A stretch of 63,879 nt of DNA, counting the filler, from Sphacelaria rigidula (Eukaryota): NCBI GenBank assembly GCA_964200075.2. It is 3 parts of 3 records of this genome, joined end to end, with 100 filler letters (N's around TTAATTAATTAA, not from the genome) between each part and the next. Parts side by side here need not be neighbours in the genome. Positions count along the whole stretch, not along the records: positions 1 to 21,228 come from CAXNAA020000449.1; positions 21,329 to 42,555 come from CAXNAA020000450.1; 1 more part is not named here. One strand, written 5' to 3'. Every line of letters begins with the position of its first letter. Position 1 is the first letter of the stretch. Under the pieces are notes generated by a model that saw nothing but the letters and a program-made list of their open reading frames with translations, had not been told where the DNA came from and did not search any database. Of the stretch, positions 12,401 through 23,818 are shown piece after piece. The position numbers were made by a program, and so were the translations under genes.

Positions 12401-15400
12401 GTCTAGAATAAATGGGATGACATACACACAACAATGTGAGCACAGTTGGTTCCCTGTGGGATCAGCTGAAGCGCGATAATGAATCAATAAATCAGACCAG
12501 GGAGTATCATGTGGTTACATACAGACAGTGATGATGTCGCACACACGCTCACCTGGTGAGACATATAGTGTAATATATATTCCTGTTGATATATTGTGGA
12601 TGATGATGCCTCTGTTTGCTTGTGGTATCCTGCATGTTCTGTACTACGTTTGACTTTAAGGACCTCAGTGGTAGGCTCGAATCTAAACGACAACATTGAA
12701 AAGCCAGACGTCCAAGACACAAGCAGACGGTCTACAGACAGAACGATACAGGTGTCATAGTTATTTTCATGCCATTTACTGTTACGTTGAGTATGTTTAG
12801 TATTTGCATCCAGCGTAGTTCTCGAAGGAAAAAAGTAGAGAGTGGTACAGCTTTTCAGCTTTTCACCTCCACAATAGTTTGCCTTGTTGCCCAACAACTG
12901 TGTTGTGTACTTGGCTCCGGGCACAAGGAGTCGGATCCTGCTGCATACATTTTTGTTTTTTCTCTCCACATGAGCATATTGAACATAACGCTATCGCTAC
13001 TGTTTGCATTTTGTCCTGTCGTGGTCTGTCTCTCTCCCATCTCTCCAATCGCTTCACATTTTTCATCATCACTCAACATCCGCTATTTGTTTGGCAGAGG
13101 GGAGTCGAGATGGAGCACGACGACGGGAGAAACGATGATATGGTGGATAATGACGATGGGAAGGAGGGCGATCCCCAGCAAGCAAACAAGCATTCATTCA
13201 AGAGAGCGGGATCGCATCAGCACTCCGACACATCCGACAGCGACGATAGCCTGGCCGACGTCAAGGTTCCCGTCCGGGGGTTGGGAGGGCGATTCAGAAG
13301 CCGGAGGCAACCTGTCGCTGAGAAGGCGAGTTACCGGAGGAGAGGAGGCGTGTATTCTCTGCTGTAGTCTGAATTAATTTAGTTGCAGAAACGAGTAATT
13401 ATTCAGCCATAATTATTCAGCCATGGTGTGTTGTGTGCTGTCATCCCATCTCTTCTGGACGCCAGTCTACACCTTTCGGTAAATGTGGGCGCATCAGCCG
13501 GGGTCGCATAGAAGGAAGACCAACACAAGAGCATTTATTTTGTTTCTAGTACTCCGCCTTCTTTCTACTGTGATGTGCCTTCTTTTTCATCGCGAGAGGG
13601 GTTCAGCGGTCTCTTTTCCTTGTCGAGCGTGGAGATTAGTGTTCGTGTACCCCAACATAGTCGCTCTCCACTATTGGGCATAGTGTGAAAAAAATCCCAG
13701 ATTGTGTGACTTCACCGACATTGGAAATCACGTGACAACCGTCAGAAGGCTTCGAGGTCACCAACTGAGCAACCGGGGCGACCTGTGTAGTGCTGGGCAG
13801 ATATATATATATATATATATATAATATGTATATATTCATCATTTGTTCATTGATTGATTATTGGGTTTCGCACATTGAGTGGTCCCTCAGGTTCATTATC
13901 CACAAGATAGACCTATCCGAGATCAAACAAGACGGAACACTCGCTGAAGGACAGTGAACAAAACAGAAAGGTAGCCAGACGTAGTATAATGAAGAAAAAA
14001 AACGAAACAAGCAGAGCAAAGCGGAGACTGAGCATATCACAAGCAAGCCAGGAATTGGCCGGCCTCTGCGCAAAAGCACATGCACTCAAACCCAATCGAA
14101 GACACACGGAGCCATGGTGGGATCAGATGGCGGCTCATTTATTTCCCCCAAACCATTTTTTGTATGAGCTGTCGATGCACCGATATATATATATATGTGT
14201 GTGTGTATGTGTATACATGTACTTCGTACTTTGTATGTATTATGTTGGTAACATGTATGCACTTCTGGATACATATACTCATGCTTTAATGTATTCATGT
14301 ATTTAGTTATGTGTGAGTGTTTATTTACGTTCCTTTGCTGCATGTGTTTGTTCATTTATTTGCTCACCTCTTTGTCCATCTTCATTTTATGAATACTCTT
14401 CCACACTCCGGATTACGCAGTAACATTATCTGTGTACTAAACAGGAAGGGACGGGGGCAGGGTTACTGCAGTTGGGATGATCATCACAACGGCATCCTGA
14501 TTTGTACGACAGACAGGAGGTGCAGTTTTCGTAGGTCGGGTCACAAAACTAGGTTATCTTTGCGCCCCGTCAGGAGCAAATTCCGTGGCTCTCGTTTGCA
14601 GGTCACGTCGACCCTAACGTACTTGCCTATACTGGTAGAGCGCAATCACTTGAAAATATTATCCCGAGTCCTCCTTGTAACAAACGATATTATCCGCAAT
14701 ATGTTACCGCGCCCCGGTGGGCTAAATTGCAATCGTGCAACTGAAACCTGTCGGGGAGGGGGGTCGAGGCTTCGAATCCCGCCGGATGCATATGGGGTGG
14801 TTCTATAATTTATTACAAGTACACTATTTGACACTTTTTGATGTCCGTCTTTGAAACGTGAGGAAGCAGCAACAATATGTTCTGGCGAAAGTCGACACGG
14901 TGCGGGAGTGCTGATAGTCATGATCCAATACGCGACAAAGAACGAAATTGCGAAGCGTTTACCGAAATAGAGATGGGTTGATCGCTTGAGACCACGGACT
15001 CGTCCTGAGGAAGGGGAGGTGGTGAGGCTTTTGATTGAAATGATCATGGAAAAAAAAAAAGGTAGGGTGCACGGCACTTTCAAGGGAGATGTAAGGTGGA
15101 GTAGTTTTGTCTTTTTTGGTTTTTTGGTTTTCGTGTTTGTTCCGTCCCCATCTATGTGCGTACTCTTTCTCTCAACGAGTGCTCCTGATTCTGTTTGTTT
15201 GCTGTGGGTACTGTACGTCTGTGTTGTGTATAGTGGCCATGGCTGTGTTCGTACAGTAGCGCACTAGTTAATGCGCAAACATCAATCAATTAGCCCCGTT
15301 ATATTATGCTCAGTCTCGAAAGGGATGCGTGTTCAATGGTCAAACGACTATAGCAAGAAACAAATGTGTACGCTCCCCCCCCCCTCCCCATATTATCTCT

Positions 15401-18400
15401 GCTAATGGATCAGACGTTCAAAAACGACAAAACGACGAACAAGAAGAGGAAAGGGGGCGGCGCGGACCGGAGTGCGGGCGTTGTAGACAAGAGGCCAAAG
15501 GGATCGGGGAAGACGAAGCCTGCCGGACGGACACGCGTGGAGGGTGCGCCGCTGTTGGATTGGCCGTCAAGGTCGCTGCCTCGCACGCCGTACGGTGTGC
15601 CCCTGCTGCTGTCGTGTATCAGCACGCACCCAGACAAGGTATATAACACCAACACACACATAAACACAAGTATAATGTTCATAGCAGTAACGCACGTACA
15701 CAAGGGTATGTATGTGTTATTGTTGGATATCGAACCGTCTATTACTTCGATAATTCAGCCTTCGATATCGATAAATTTCCATAAATTTCCATAAATTTCC
15801 ATAAATTTCGATGAATTTGGGCGAAGCCGAAGTGCGAGCGCAGCGAGTGGGCTCGCACAATGAGCAGGCACGCGCAGCCGATTCCGCTCGCTGTGCGAGC
15901 CCCAAATGTCCTCCCTCGGCTGGCCAGGGGGCCCTGCGGGAGGCGCCGCCGGTGGCAAGAAAATTGGGCGTTGGGCTTAATTTCCCATTAAAATTAACCT
16001 ACGGTAATCAAGGCCTCCGAGCTCAGGACAACATGTGTCTGGGTTTGACAAATCCCAACAACAATAGCAATCACTGGGGCCTTGCCGATTCTGCTCCTAG
16101 AAGATACAGCTGATTTGTATCGAATGAAAGAGCATAATCAAACGCAGATTCAAAAAAATGCACGACCACAACTACTCCAATCAATTTCAGTAGAGTCAGG
16201 ACCATAACAGGAACAAACGAGCACATGCTACTACCCTATTTACTTCCATATTGAGGGGAAGGTTACCACGATAGTGGGTCAATGAAGGGCATGAAGACAT
16301 CCCGGGCACCTCCGCCTCCGGGTTGAATCAAACGTGTAATTACTTTTGCACACAATGTTAGCATTTAACTGGAAATACTGCGGTGTTGAAGACACGCTAC
16401 ACAAGCCAGACATGAGAAACCATATTCGAGCGCGCGAAAAAGAATATACGAAAAAAAGTAAGTTCAAGGGGATCAAAAAGACACGATTCAATTTGGTGCA
16501 TATATATCAATGGGCAAAAGGGCGAGGATTTTTGCCCCAAAGTAGTGTGACCGACCGGCAGAAATACGTCCTTGAAGCATATGCTTGCCCGAAGTTAGCA
16601 GCAGAAAACGCCAAAACGAAAAGCAGGATGAGTAAGGTGCTAACAATGACACCTCACCAGCTATATGTTGAATAATACCTCACTATTTAACCAAGAAGGT
16701 TGGGTTTTGTCGTGTCGTGTCGTATCGTATCGTATCGAACTTAGACTGGTTCACGGAGAACCCCCCAAAAACACTCATCGGCAAAAATTCACGCCGTTTC
16801 AATGAGTTAGACCCTGAAATTTTGCTCAGGTATTCTATGGGTCATTACGCAACTTTGTGTGGACGAGTTTTTTTTTCTTTCACTTTTTTACTTTTTTTAC
16901 CGTTTTTCCTGGATCCCAGTTTTTTCGGGAAAACTTCGACCCAGTCGGACTCCCGTGAAACGGTAAAAACGAAAAAAAAAAACTCGTCCATTCAAAGTTG
17001 CGTAATGACCTATAGCACACCTGTGCAAAATGTCAGGGACTAACTCCTTAAAATGGCGTGAAGTTTTTCGCGCCTGTGCGATGAACCTTGCCGTACCACA
17101 GTGAAACGGCAAACTACTAGATTTTAGTATGAAAATGGCGTTTTTGGGCCTTTTTCGACGTGGACATGTAAATTCAAGCACCAGTTAATCGAGTTTGGCC
17201 ACGAAACTTTGTGGGCTTCCTTGGGTTTTGCAGCGGCAGAGCGTTGGCGAAAAAAATGAAGAGAAGACTGTAGTGCCAGTTTTCCGGGGTCCCAGAATGA
17301 ATGACTTCGAGAAAATAACTTGGATCCCGTCGGACCCCCGAAAAACGGTGAAAAATTCAAGAATTAGAAAAACCTCGTTGATCGAAACTTGCGGAATAAT
17401 TCGTAGCGCACTTATGTAAAGTTTCAGGGTCTAAGGCCGGATGTTCTGGCAAACAGATTTTTGGCCCACGGATTGTTCACCTCTGGGACCTTTGACCACC
17501 CTTTTAACCCCCAAACAGAGAAAATCGCCAACACACGTCTTGGACACTCTGCATCACTTCACAGAGAGGAGCCTAGCCCACTTTTCAGATTCGCTTGGCT
17601 CCAAGGTTTCGAGAGTGGCCGCTGAACAAAAATTCGTGTGCAAAAATCTGTGCTTGCCGACCTCCGCCAGTTTGCCCAATAATCTGTGGGGATCGCCGTA
17701 GATTTTGTTGCGCACGGATTATTGTTCAGCGACCAATCTCGAGACCTTGGAGCCAAGCGAATCTGAAAAGCAGACTAGACTCCTCTCTGTGGGGTGATGC
17801 AAAGTGTCCAAGACGTGTGTTGGCGATTTGCCCTGTTTGGGGGTCAAAAGGGGGGTCAAACGCCAAAAAGTGAACAATCCGTGGGCCAAAAATCTGTTGC
17901 CATAACATCCGGCCTAACTCCTAATAAATGCGTGGAGATTTGCGCGTTTGTGCGAGGACGTGAGCTTAAAACGTGCAAACTCCCACCTACTTGGTTTGAG
18001 TATAAAAACATCTTTTAGGGTTAATTTTACGTCAAGGCAGGAACAATTGCATGAGAATTTTCGAGTTTCTCCACCAAAAATTGTACATGTATTCCTTTGA
18101 CCATCCTGGGACGCATCATGCTATTACTTTTTCTTTTGAGTCATTCTTTACCACCTTTCGGGGGTCTTTGTACTGGGACCGCCGGAAGCCGGTAGAGAAC
18201 GGAAAAACTTTGAACCCTTGCCAAGAAAACAATTTTTCCATTTGGAGCATCAATACCTACGGAACTGCCAAGTTTGAGGATGATGTGAGCTTTTCTACAA
18301 CATATATAAGGGGAATCGTCACGAGACTCCCTGGGTCTTTCCTGCGTATCATGAGCGGAAATTAGACGACGCCAAACTCCACATCACCGAAATAGTGCGG

Positions 18401-21074
18401 TCACGGGTATAATTCGATCCCGTTGCAACCGTTTTCGAATCCTATTCTACCGTTAGATTCTTGAGGTGACGACGGTCACTACGATTTGAAGCATGTAGAG
18501 ATTCGGTAGAAACTGGGCTTGGAATTCGTATTTTCAATTTCGGAACAGTTTGAAAGGCGCTGATTGGTCGAAACATATTTTTGTCCATAGCGCCACCGCT
18601 GTAGTCTTGAAAAAAAGTTCGACCATGTCACCCTCTTCGTCTGTTCATTTCGGTCAGTTTGATACCATGTATGCGACTATTGGGTGCGTATTGCAGAAGT
18701 CATTTGCTGATGATAGAATTTGTTTTTTTTCCCGTGAACCAACCTGTATCGTAATCTGGAACTGTTTTCGATAAGAAAACGATACCTCGATACGATACGA
18801 TACGATACGATACGATATATCCCAAGTTGCGATAAGATAGATATCCAACACTAGTGTGTGTGAGTGTTTTCTTGGTTTGATTGTGTGTGTGCGTTTTTTT
18901 CTGCTTGTTTTTTCTGCTGTTTTCTATTCTCGGTTTTGTGTAACGAGTGGGTGGGTCTGTTCCCGAGTTGATTTAATTGATTGATTGTCGCACTTTACCT
19001 GACCCCCCAGGGGTCCAGCCGTGGTCTCGAGTATTTACATTTATCTCAGGTGCATACGTCTGTGTTTGTGGCGGGTAAGTCAATGTTGGTATTAGTGTGC
19101 GATAATCGTTTTTTTTTCATCAGTCAGACGGTTGATCGCGTTACGAGTAGTCTGGAATCTTCCGTGCAGTGCTGTGCGGTGTGTTGAGATGGTTTGATTC
19201 TGTGGCGGCACAGTTATAGTCGGAGTGGAGGCCGATTTTGGGTACTGTGTTTCGGGGAAGTGCGCACCGACCACTGTATGTAGAAGTAATGAAGCCTACA
19301 TGAGTCAATCAGTATCAATCACAAGTACATGCGTCACCTCGAAATGACGACCACGCTCATACAAGATGTACTATGATGATGGTAAATTCAACGGCAAATC
19401 TGTGACCGGCGTTGCTGCACACCTCTACACAGGGTCACAACAAAAGGAGGATACGCACTGCTGCTCGTGTTGTTGTTGTGCCCCTCTTGTTGCTGTATGT
19501 TGTTGTGCCGATTTTTCAATGCGGCTATCTCGGCAACGAAGCGGAGAATTGGACTGCGGTTTCTTGCGTGCGCTTCCCACGCACCCAATCTAGGTCGAGA
19601 CGTGACTCTATTGCGTACGCGTGTGATACCAAGCCGCAACAAACCCACATGAACAAAAATGCGTTTTTCAGCTTTTGGGGCTTTTCCGGTTCGCCATGGC
19701 GAAATTAGCAAAGGGGGTCACATCTTGGCGTAGCTGTGAAGTGTTGTTTGTTTATGGGGGACTGTGAAGTGCCGTAGGCCGGCTTGCTTCCTGTGTCGAG
19801 AATCGCGCGATCAAAGTGCTACAGCTGTCGCTTACTAAATCTAGTTAGTAAGGGATGAAGCGTGTGTTCTGTTCGTGTTCTGCTCGGCAGGGGTGCGACC
19901 ACCCAATGACTTGTTCATTATGCCTTCGCGTTTTTTTTTAATCATTTTTCGTAATGGGTATTTTGGTCGTTAGGTCCCCCATTCTAACCCATAACAGTGT
20001 TATAATAGACAAGCGTGCTACATGCATGACTTTTGGTTATACGTATTTTAGTTCAGTAGCCGTGCAGTGTGCTCGGCTGCCCTTGTATCATTGCTGTGGC
20101 TTCATTGTCGTCAAATCCTTTGCAATCGCGCCTCACGGATATATTTTCAAGCTATATTTTCCGGAGAGGGAGAGAGCCCGCATCGTCGACGGAGAAGGTC
20201 CATGGACAGATGTCGGTCGACGACATCTTGCCATAAGAGGAAGCTTTATATCGTTGCCAGGAACACTGGACCTGTCAACAAAAATCGGAGTTGAAAAATG
20301 ACACATATCAGAGGATGCGATAGCAAAGAGTGTGGAATTGAGGTATCACCTACGTGATGAATCCAGGGCACTACTTGGGTATACATCGATACCGATATTT
20401 TCGACACGTCGAAACGACATGATATATCTAGAGTTTGCCGTCAACGACTCCTAGCTACAACAAATAGGTCGTTATCCAATCTCATGAGTACGACCGGACT
20501 CGCGCCCTCGCCTGGCGCCTGAAGGTAGAACCACACATATAATCGCGATATAGCTGCTTCGCCGATGGATATACATGGCGATCATGTCGAATTCCACGGG
20601 ATCGCAGCCCTCCACTGAGAGAATCGCTGCACATCACCATCCAGACCGTCATGCCGTCATACGGTCCCCCGATGATGCCCCTGTCACACTGAAGGCATTG
20701 ATTGACCCGCGCCCGTATTCTTGCCCACTGCCGACGTAAATCTCCAGGTGGCAGCCGCGCTTCACTCTATCCCCACGAACACGATCGCGAGCATTAAGGA
20801 CACTGACGTCAAGAAGCCAGCTCAATCTGCTTCTTCACCGTGTAGGGCGCAGAGGCAACAGCAAAAGCAGCAAGACGCTATGCAGTGCGATGGAGGTGCT
20901 AAAGATGGCGTCGTAGCTGGCGGTGACGAAGCGGCGGGAGAGACGAGAGGGAGCGTTGGATGCGGCTGGGGACCGCCCGCTGGATTAACGTCGGAGTTAC
21001 TCCCAGAGCTCAGACAGGTGGAGTTGTTCCACCAGGCCAAGCTACAGGATCGCGCTCGGTGTGAGCAGTCTGAG
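2394..21074 (+). CDS. Large unknown protein (at least 1287 aa), mostly Ala/Thr/Pro/Gly-rich low complexity with a central predicted coiled coil; 3' end missing at the assembly gap
   Basis: Exons 2394-3514, 4678-4924, 6124-7179, 7752-7904, 8240-8486, 9290-9582, 10873-11061, 13098-13325, 20748-21074. All have YAG acceptors and compatible phases (2,0,0,0,1,0,0,0), totalling 3861 nt with no internal stop. Donors are GT except AG|GCGAGT at 7180 and 13326. The segment RRELMEFEERREALELQ-ETLVKERLMERREAF...QREIDSLRQKLEAAK looks coiled-coil. No recognisable domain. Confidence 0.8.
6376..6426 (+). repeat. Coding trinucleotide repeat (GCA)n(ACA)n encoding poly-Ala/poly-Thr
   Basis: Direct reading; translates TAAAAATTTTTTTTTTT in exon 3. 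Confidence 0.95.
8625..9057. mobile_element. Intronic non-autonomous hAT-type MITE (433 bp) built of CGATAT/ATATCG subrepeats
   Basis: Imperfect TIRs TAGTGATGGGTATCG... / ...CGATACCCACTTCTA. 8-bp flanks GTATGCTG (8617-8624) and GTATACTG (9058-9065) match at 7/8. Confidence 0.8.
12079..12432 (+). mobile_element. tRNA-derived SINE, copy 1
   Basis: Head GGTCGCCCCAGTGGCTCGGTTG (A-box-like) and GGTTCGAATC (B-box, 12134-12143), unrelated body, CA-rich tail. Colinear with the inverted copy at 13426-13783. Confidence 0.8.
13426..13783 (-). mobile_element. tRNA-derived SINE, copy 2 (inverted relative to copy 1)
   Basis: Reverse complement starts GGTCGCCCCGGTTGCTCAGTTGG and shares blocks such as ATGCCCAA.AGTGGAGAGCGA, TGTGTTGG.CTTCCT, CCCACAT.TACCGAAAGGT and ATGGGATGACA with copy 1. 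Its B-box is decayed. Confidence 0.8.
16742..18746. mobile_element. 2.0-kb non-autonomous TIR DNA element (possibly Mutator-like) nested in the 15718-18853 element
   Basis: Ends TAGACTGGTTCACGG / CCGTGAACCAACCTG. 9-bp flanks TATCGAACT and TATCGTAAT match at 7/9. Internal inverted repeat about 16780-16876 vs 16972-17068. Confidence 0.6.
17435..17914. mobile_element. Tourist/PIF-Harbinger-like MITE, near-palindromic over its whole 480 bp
   Basis: GGCCGGATGTT...AACATCCGGCC termini with long arm complementarity. TAA duplicated at 17432-17434 and 17915-17917. Removing it restores TCAGGGTCTAACTC, a motif the host carries elsewhere (about 16804-16817 reversed, and about 17032-17046). Confidence 0.9.
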
Positions 21075-21228
21075 GTCAGTGTACGTGCGTGTCTGCCTAT
21101 CCGTCTCCTTCTGTTCGTCGCTGTCTGGTGGCGGGGGGGGGGGGGGGGGGGGGAATGTTTTTTTTTTGGGTCTCTTTCATTAACCCTTGTGTAAGTCTTT
21201 TCTTGTTGAGTGTGAGGACCTCCTCCTT

Positions 21229-21328
21229 NNNNNNNNNNNNNNNNNNNNNNNNNNNNNNNNNNNNNNNNNNNNTTAATTAATTAANNNNNNNNNNNNNNNN
21301 NNNNNNNNNNNNNNNNNNNNNNNNNNNN
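21229..21328. other. Artificial contig spacer (44 N + TTAATTAATTAA + 44 N)
   Basis: Exactly 100 nt; the 12-mer gives stop codons in all six frames; identical spacer at 42556-42655. Confidence 0.97.
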
Positions 21329-22325
21329 GTTCACGACATCCGCCACCGCCTCACTTATGATATTTGTCCTACGGCTGTGTTCTGTAACCTTGGTTGTTAT
21401 GGGGCAGGGTGTCTAGTTCCGTTTCATAGCCCTGAGTTTGGCACCAACGCTTTGGGGTGTGTACCAACTCAGGTTTTTTTCGAAAAGTTGAAAATTAATC
21501 CTGAGTTGCTGCGCATGTCTCTTCTCAGGGTTTAGTTTTCAGGGTTTACCTAGGGGAATTTGTCATCCTGGCCTTGAGTGCCAACTTTCTTAATAATCCC
21601 TGAGTTTTTTCTTATTCCTGAGTTCTGATTTGTGTTTCCGAAACTCTATTGAGTGAAGAGTGGCAATTATGCACACACCCGACTTCTTGTTGAAGGCACT
21701 GTATTATCCGAGCATGAATGCCTATGAACACCATGTTATCATTCATTGCAGTACAATGTGTACTTGAATGTTATCCATAGTGATATTTTTTCACCATGCG
21801 TGGTCAATTCACAAGCAAACGTGCACAACGTTCTACTGTACTGCTCTTGTACTGCTGTATACAGCAGCGATGTGCACCACGATTACCGTACCAAACTGCT
21901 ATAGCAAGTAGTGGCCGTACTCAATCTATCCAAAATTTGGGTAGAGTATTGAGGTCATACCCAAGTGATACTCCATACTCCGGTATTGCTGAGACTATTT
22001 GACGTTGTACCCAATCTACCCAAAATCTGGGTAGTAGGCAATAACCGGGTATTTTACCCGACTATTGAAAGGTACATATCCCACTCGACTTGATCGAAAT
22101 CATGCGGAGGAAAGTTACAAGGTTGTGTCATGTTTAAATAAGGTAAACCCGGAAGTGGGGGATTTTGGTTGGCATACTGACCCATACCGGAGTGTGTACC
22201 GAGCATTCCGATGTTCTCCGATAGGGTATCGTTTCTTGTTCCGAAAAATCCGGTATGGTTCGAAAGGGCATTTTCCTACAGAAACCCTTCTCTTATACTC
22301 GTGTAAACACCTTCTGAATAGTTCA

Positions 22326-22491
22326 CACCCTGGACAATACATGGTCAATAGATGCAATAGACGAGAAGTGTACTGCATGAAGTATAGGCCTATTGCAACT
22401 GTTGCCGGCCGACAATGGTCGCGATAGGCCTATACTTTATGCAGTACTTTTCTTGTCTATTGCAACTACTGACCATATATTGTCCAAGGTG
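22326..22491. mobile_element. Small palindromic MITE (about 166 bp), copy 1
   Basis: CACCCTGGACAATACATGGTCA...TGACCATATATTGTCCAAGGTG, self-complementary throughout. Second copy at 52490-52655. Confidence 0.85.
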
Positions 22492-22917
22492 AGTTCCAGA
22501 CGGTATACAGCACACAACCTTCGGGAAATTACGAAGGAGCATTTCACTCCCACCTTGTAGAACACCATGCCAAATACCACCCGTCCACAGATATCACGCA
22601 AAGCCCACATAACTCATTCTCAGCTACCATCGCAACCCTGCGGCATAAAGCACAAGTTGGGCATAGGGGTAGCTACACCGCAGCAGCTGGGTATGGCGTG
22701 TTTTTTTTTTCTTCACGTGAGCACATTTTTCATGGTGGGAAGCGGCGACGGAAGTGCGTGGCAGGGTAGACGTCCGACTTGCGTACACTCATGGACAGAG
22801 CATGCAGAAAAAGCCGCACGTTGTCCAAGTCCTTTTCACATCGCACTGTAAGCAGAGAGTACAGATGGTCTTGCGCTGCCTGCACTGCTCGTTGCCTCCT
22901 TCTCCACGCCACGAAAC

Positions 22918-22931
22918 ACGCACACACATGC

Positions 22932-22979
<48 letters not shown>

Positions 22980-23022
22980 TCACACACACACACGCACTCA
23001 CACACGCACACGCACTCACACA
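22918..23022 (+). repeat. (CA)n microsatellite, imperfect
   Basis: Direct reading. Confidence 0.95.
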
Positions 23023-23442
23023 CTCGGGCACACTGTATGCATACATCGCAGACAGTACAGTACTGTACTGTAGAGTAGCAAACAAGTCGTGCTTTGTGAT
23101 TTTCAGTCTTTTTTCGATCGAAAGCTTGCAAATTCGTTTAGACCCAACTCGCGAGAAATGAACGAATTCGCTCAAATCAATTTCACCGCACTTTTCGAAC
23201 GATCGAGAAAATGATATGCTAAGACACGACCTTACTCAATACCTGGATAGATTATTTGAGGTCGTACCCGATTCACGGAAAATTTTGGGTGGAGTATATG
23301 AGGTCTTACCCAACATACGCAAGTTAAGGGTAAAGTATTGAGGTCATGCCCAAGTGGTACTCCATACCCAGATATTGCGGAGATCACGTGCCCAATATCT
23401 GGGTAGACTACATGAGATCTTACTCGATATATCCAAAATTTG

Positions 23443-23698
23443 CACACGTCGAACAGGTCATGAGCTACCTGAAATAGCTACTCGAAAGAGAACTCTCAGA
23501 TCCTCTGTACAAAAACACAAAACACGTGACAGCAGTGCCTGTGGAGCCAAAGCGTTACCTTCCCGCTACACGGCGTGCTCGACGCACATGGCTGTCGGGA
23601 GCTAATACGTAAATAGTGGCCGAATGAGCTAGCATGATGCGGATCAGTTCTCTAATAACGAGTAATATCCAGGTAGCTCATGACCTGTCCGACGTATG
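23443..23698. mobile_element. 256-bp hAT-type MITE nested in the 21910-26526 element
   Basis: TIRs CACACGTCGAACAGGTCATGAGCTACCTG / CAGGTAGCTCATGACCTGTCCGACGTATG. Perfect 8-bp TSD AAAATTTG (23435-23442, 23699-23706). Confidence 0.9.
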
Positions 23699-23818
23699 AA
23701 AATTTGGGTAGAGTATTGAGGTTATATCCAAGTGATCCGGTGTACCCAGGTATTGCAGAGAGCGCTCACCCAATATTTGGTGGAGTATCTGAGGTCATAC
23801 TCAGGTGATACTCTATAC

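Larger units (their letters stand above)
15718..18853 (+). mobile_element. Non-autonomous hAT-type element with a decayed transposase C-terminal relic, host to two nested insertions
   Basis: TIRs TATTGTTGGATATC / GATATCCAACACTA. Flanks GTATGTGT (15710-15717) and GTGTGTGT (18854-18861) match at 7/8. Subterminal (TATCG)n/(CGATA)n arrays. Frameshifted MLLP...SMKGMKTS..RLRVES..LLL..AFNW at about 16225-16375 resembles the hAT dimerisation motif (inference). Confidence 0.65.

Noticed and set aside
21273..21284. TTAATTAATTAA palindrome (also 42600-42611) as a biological motif
   Set aside because: Centred in exactly 100-nt N spacers with stops in all six frames; an assembly linker.
22730..23175. His/Thr or Cys/Val-rich ORFs as metal-binding proteins (also 62203-62535, 48905-49273)
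   Set aside because: Translations of (CA)n/(TG)n microsatellites.
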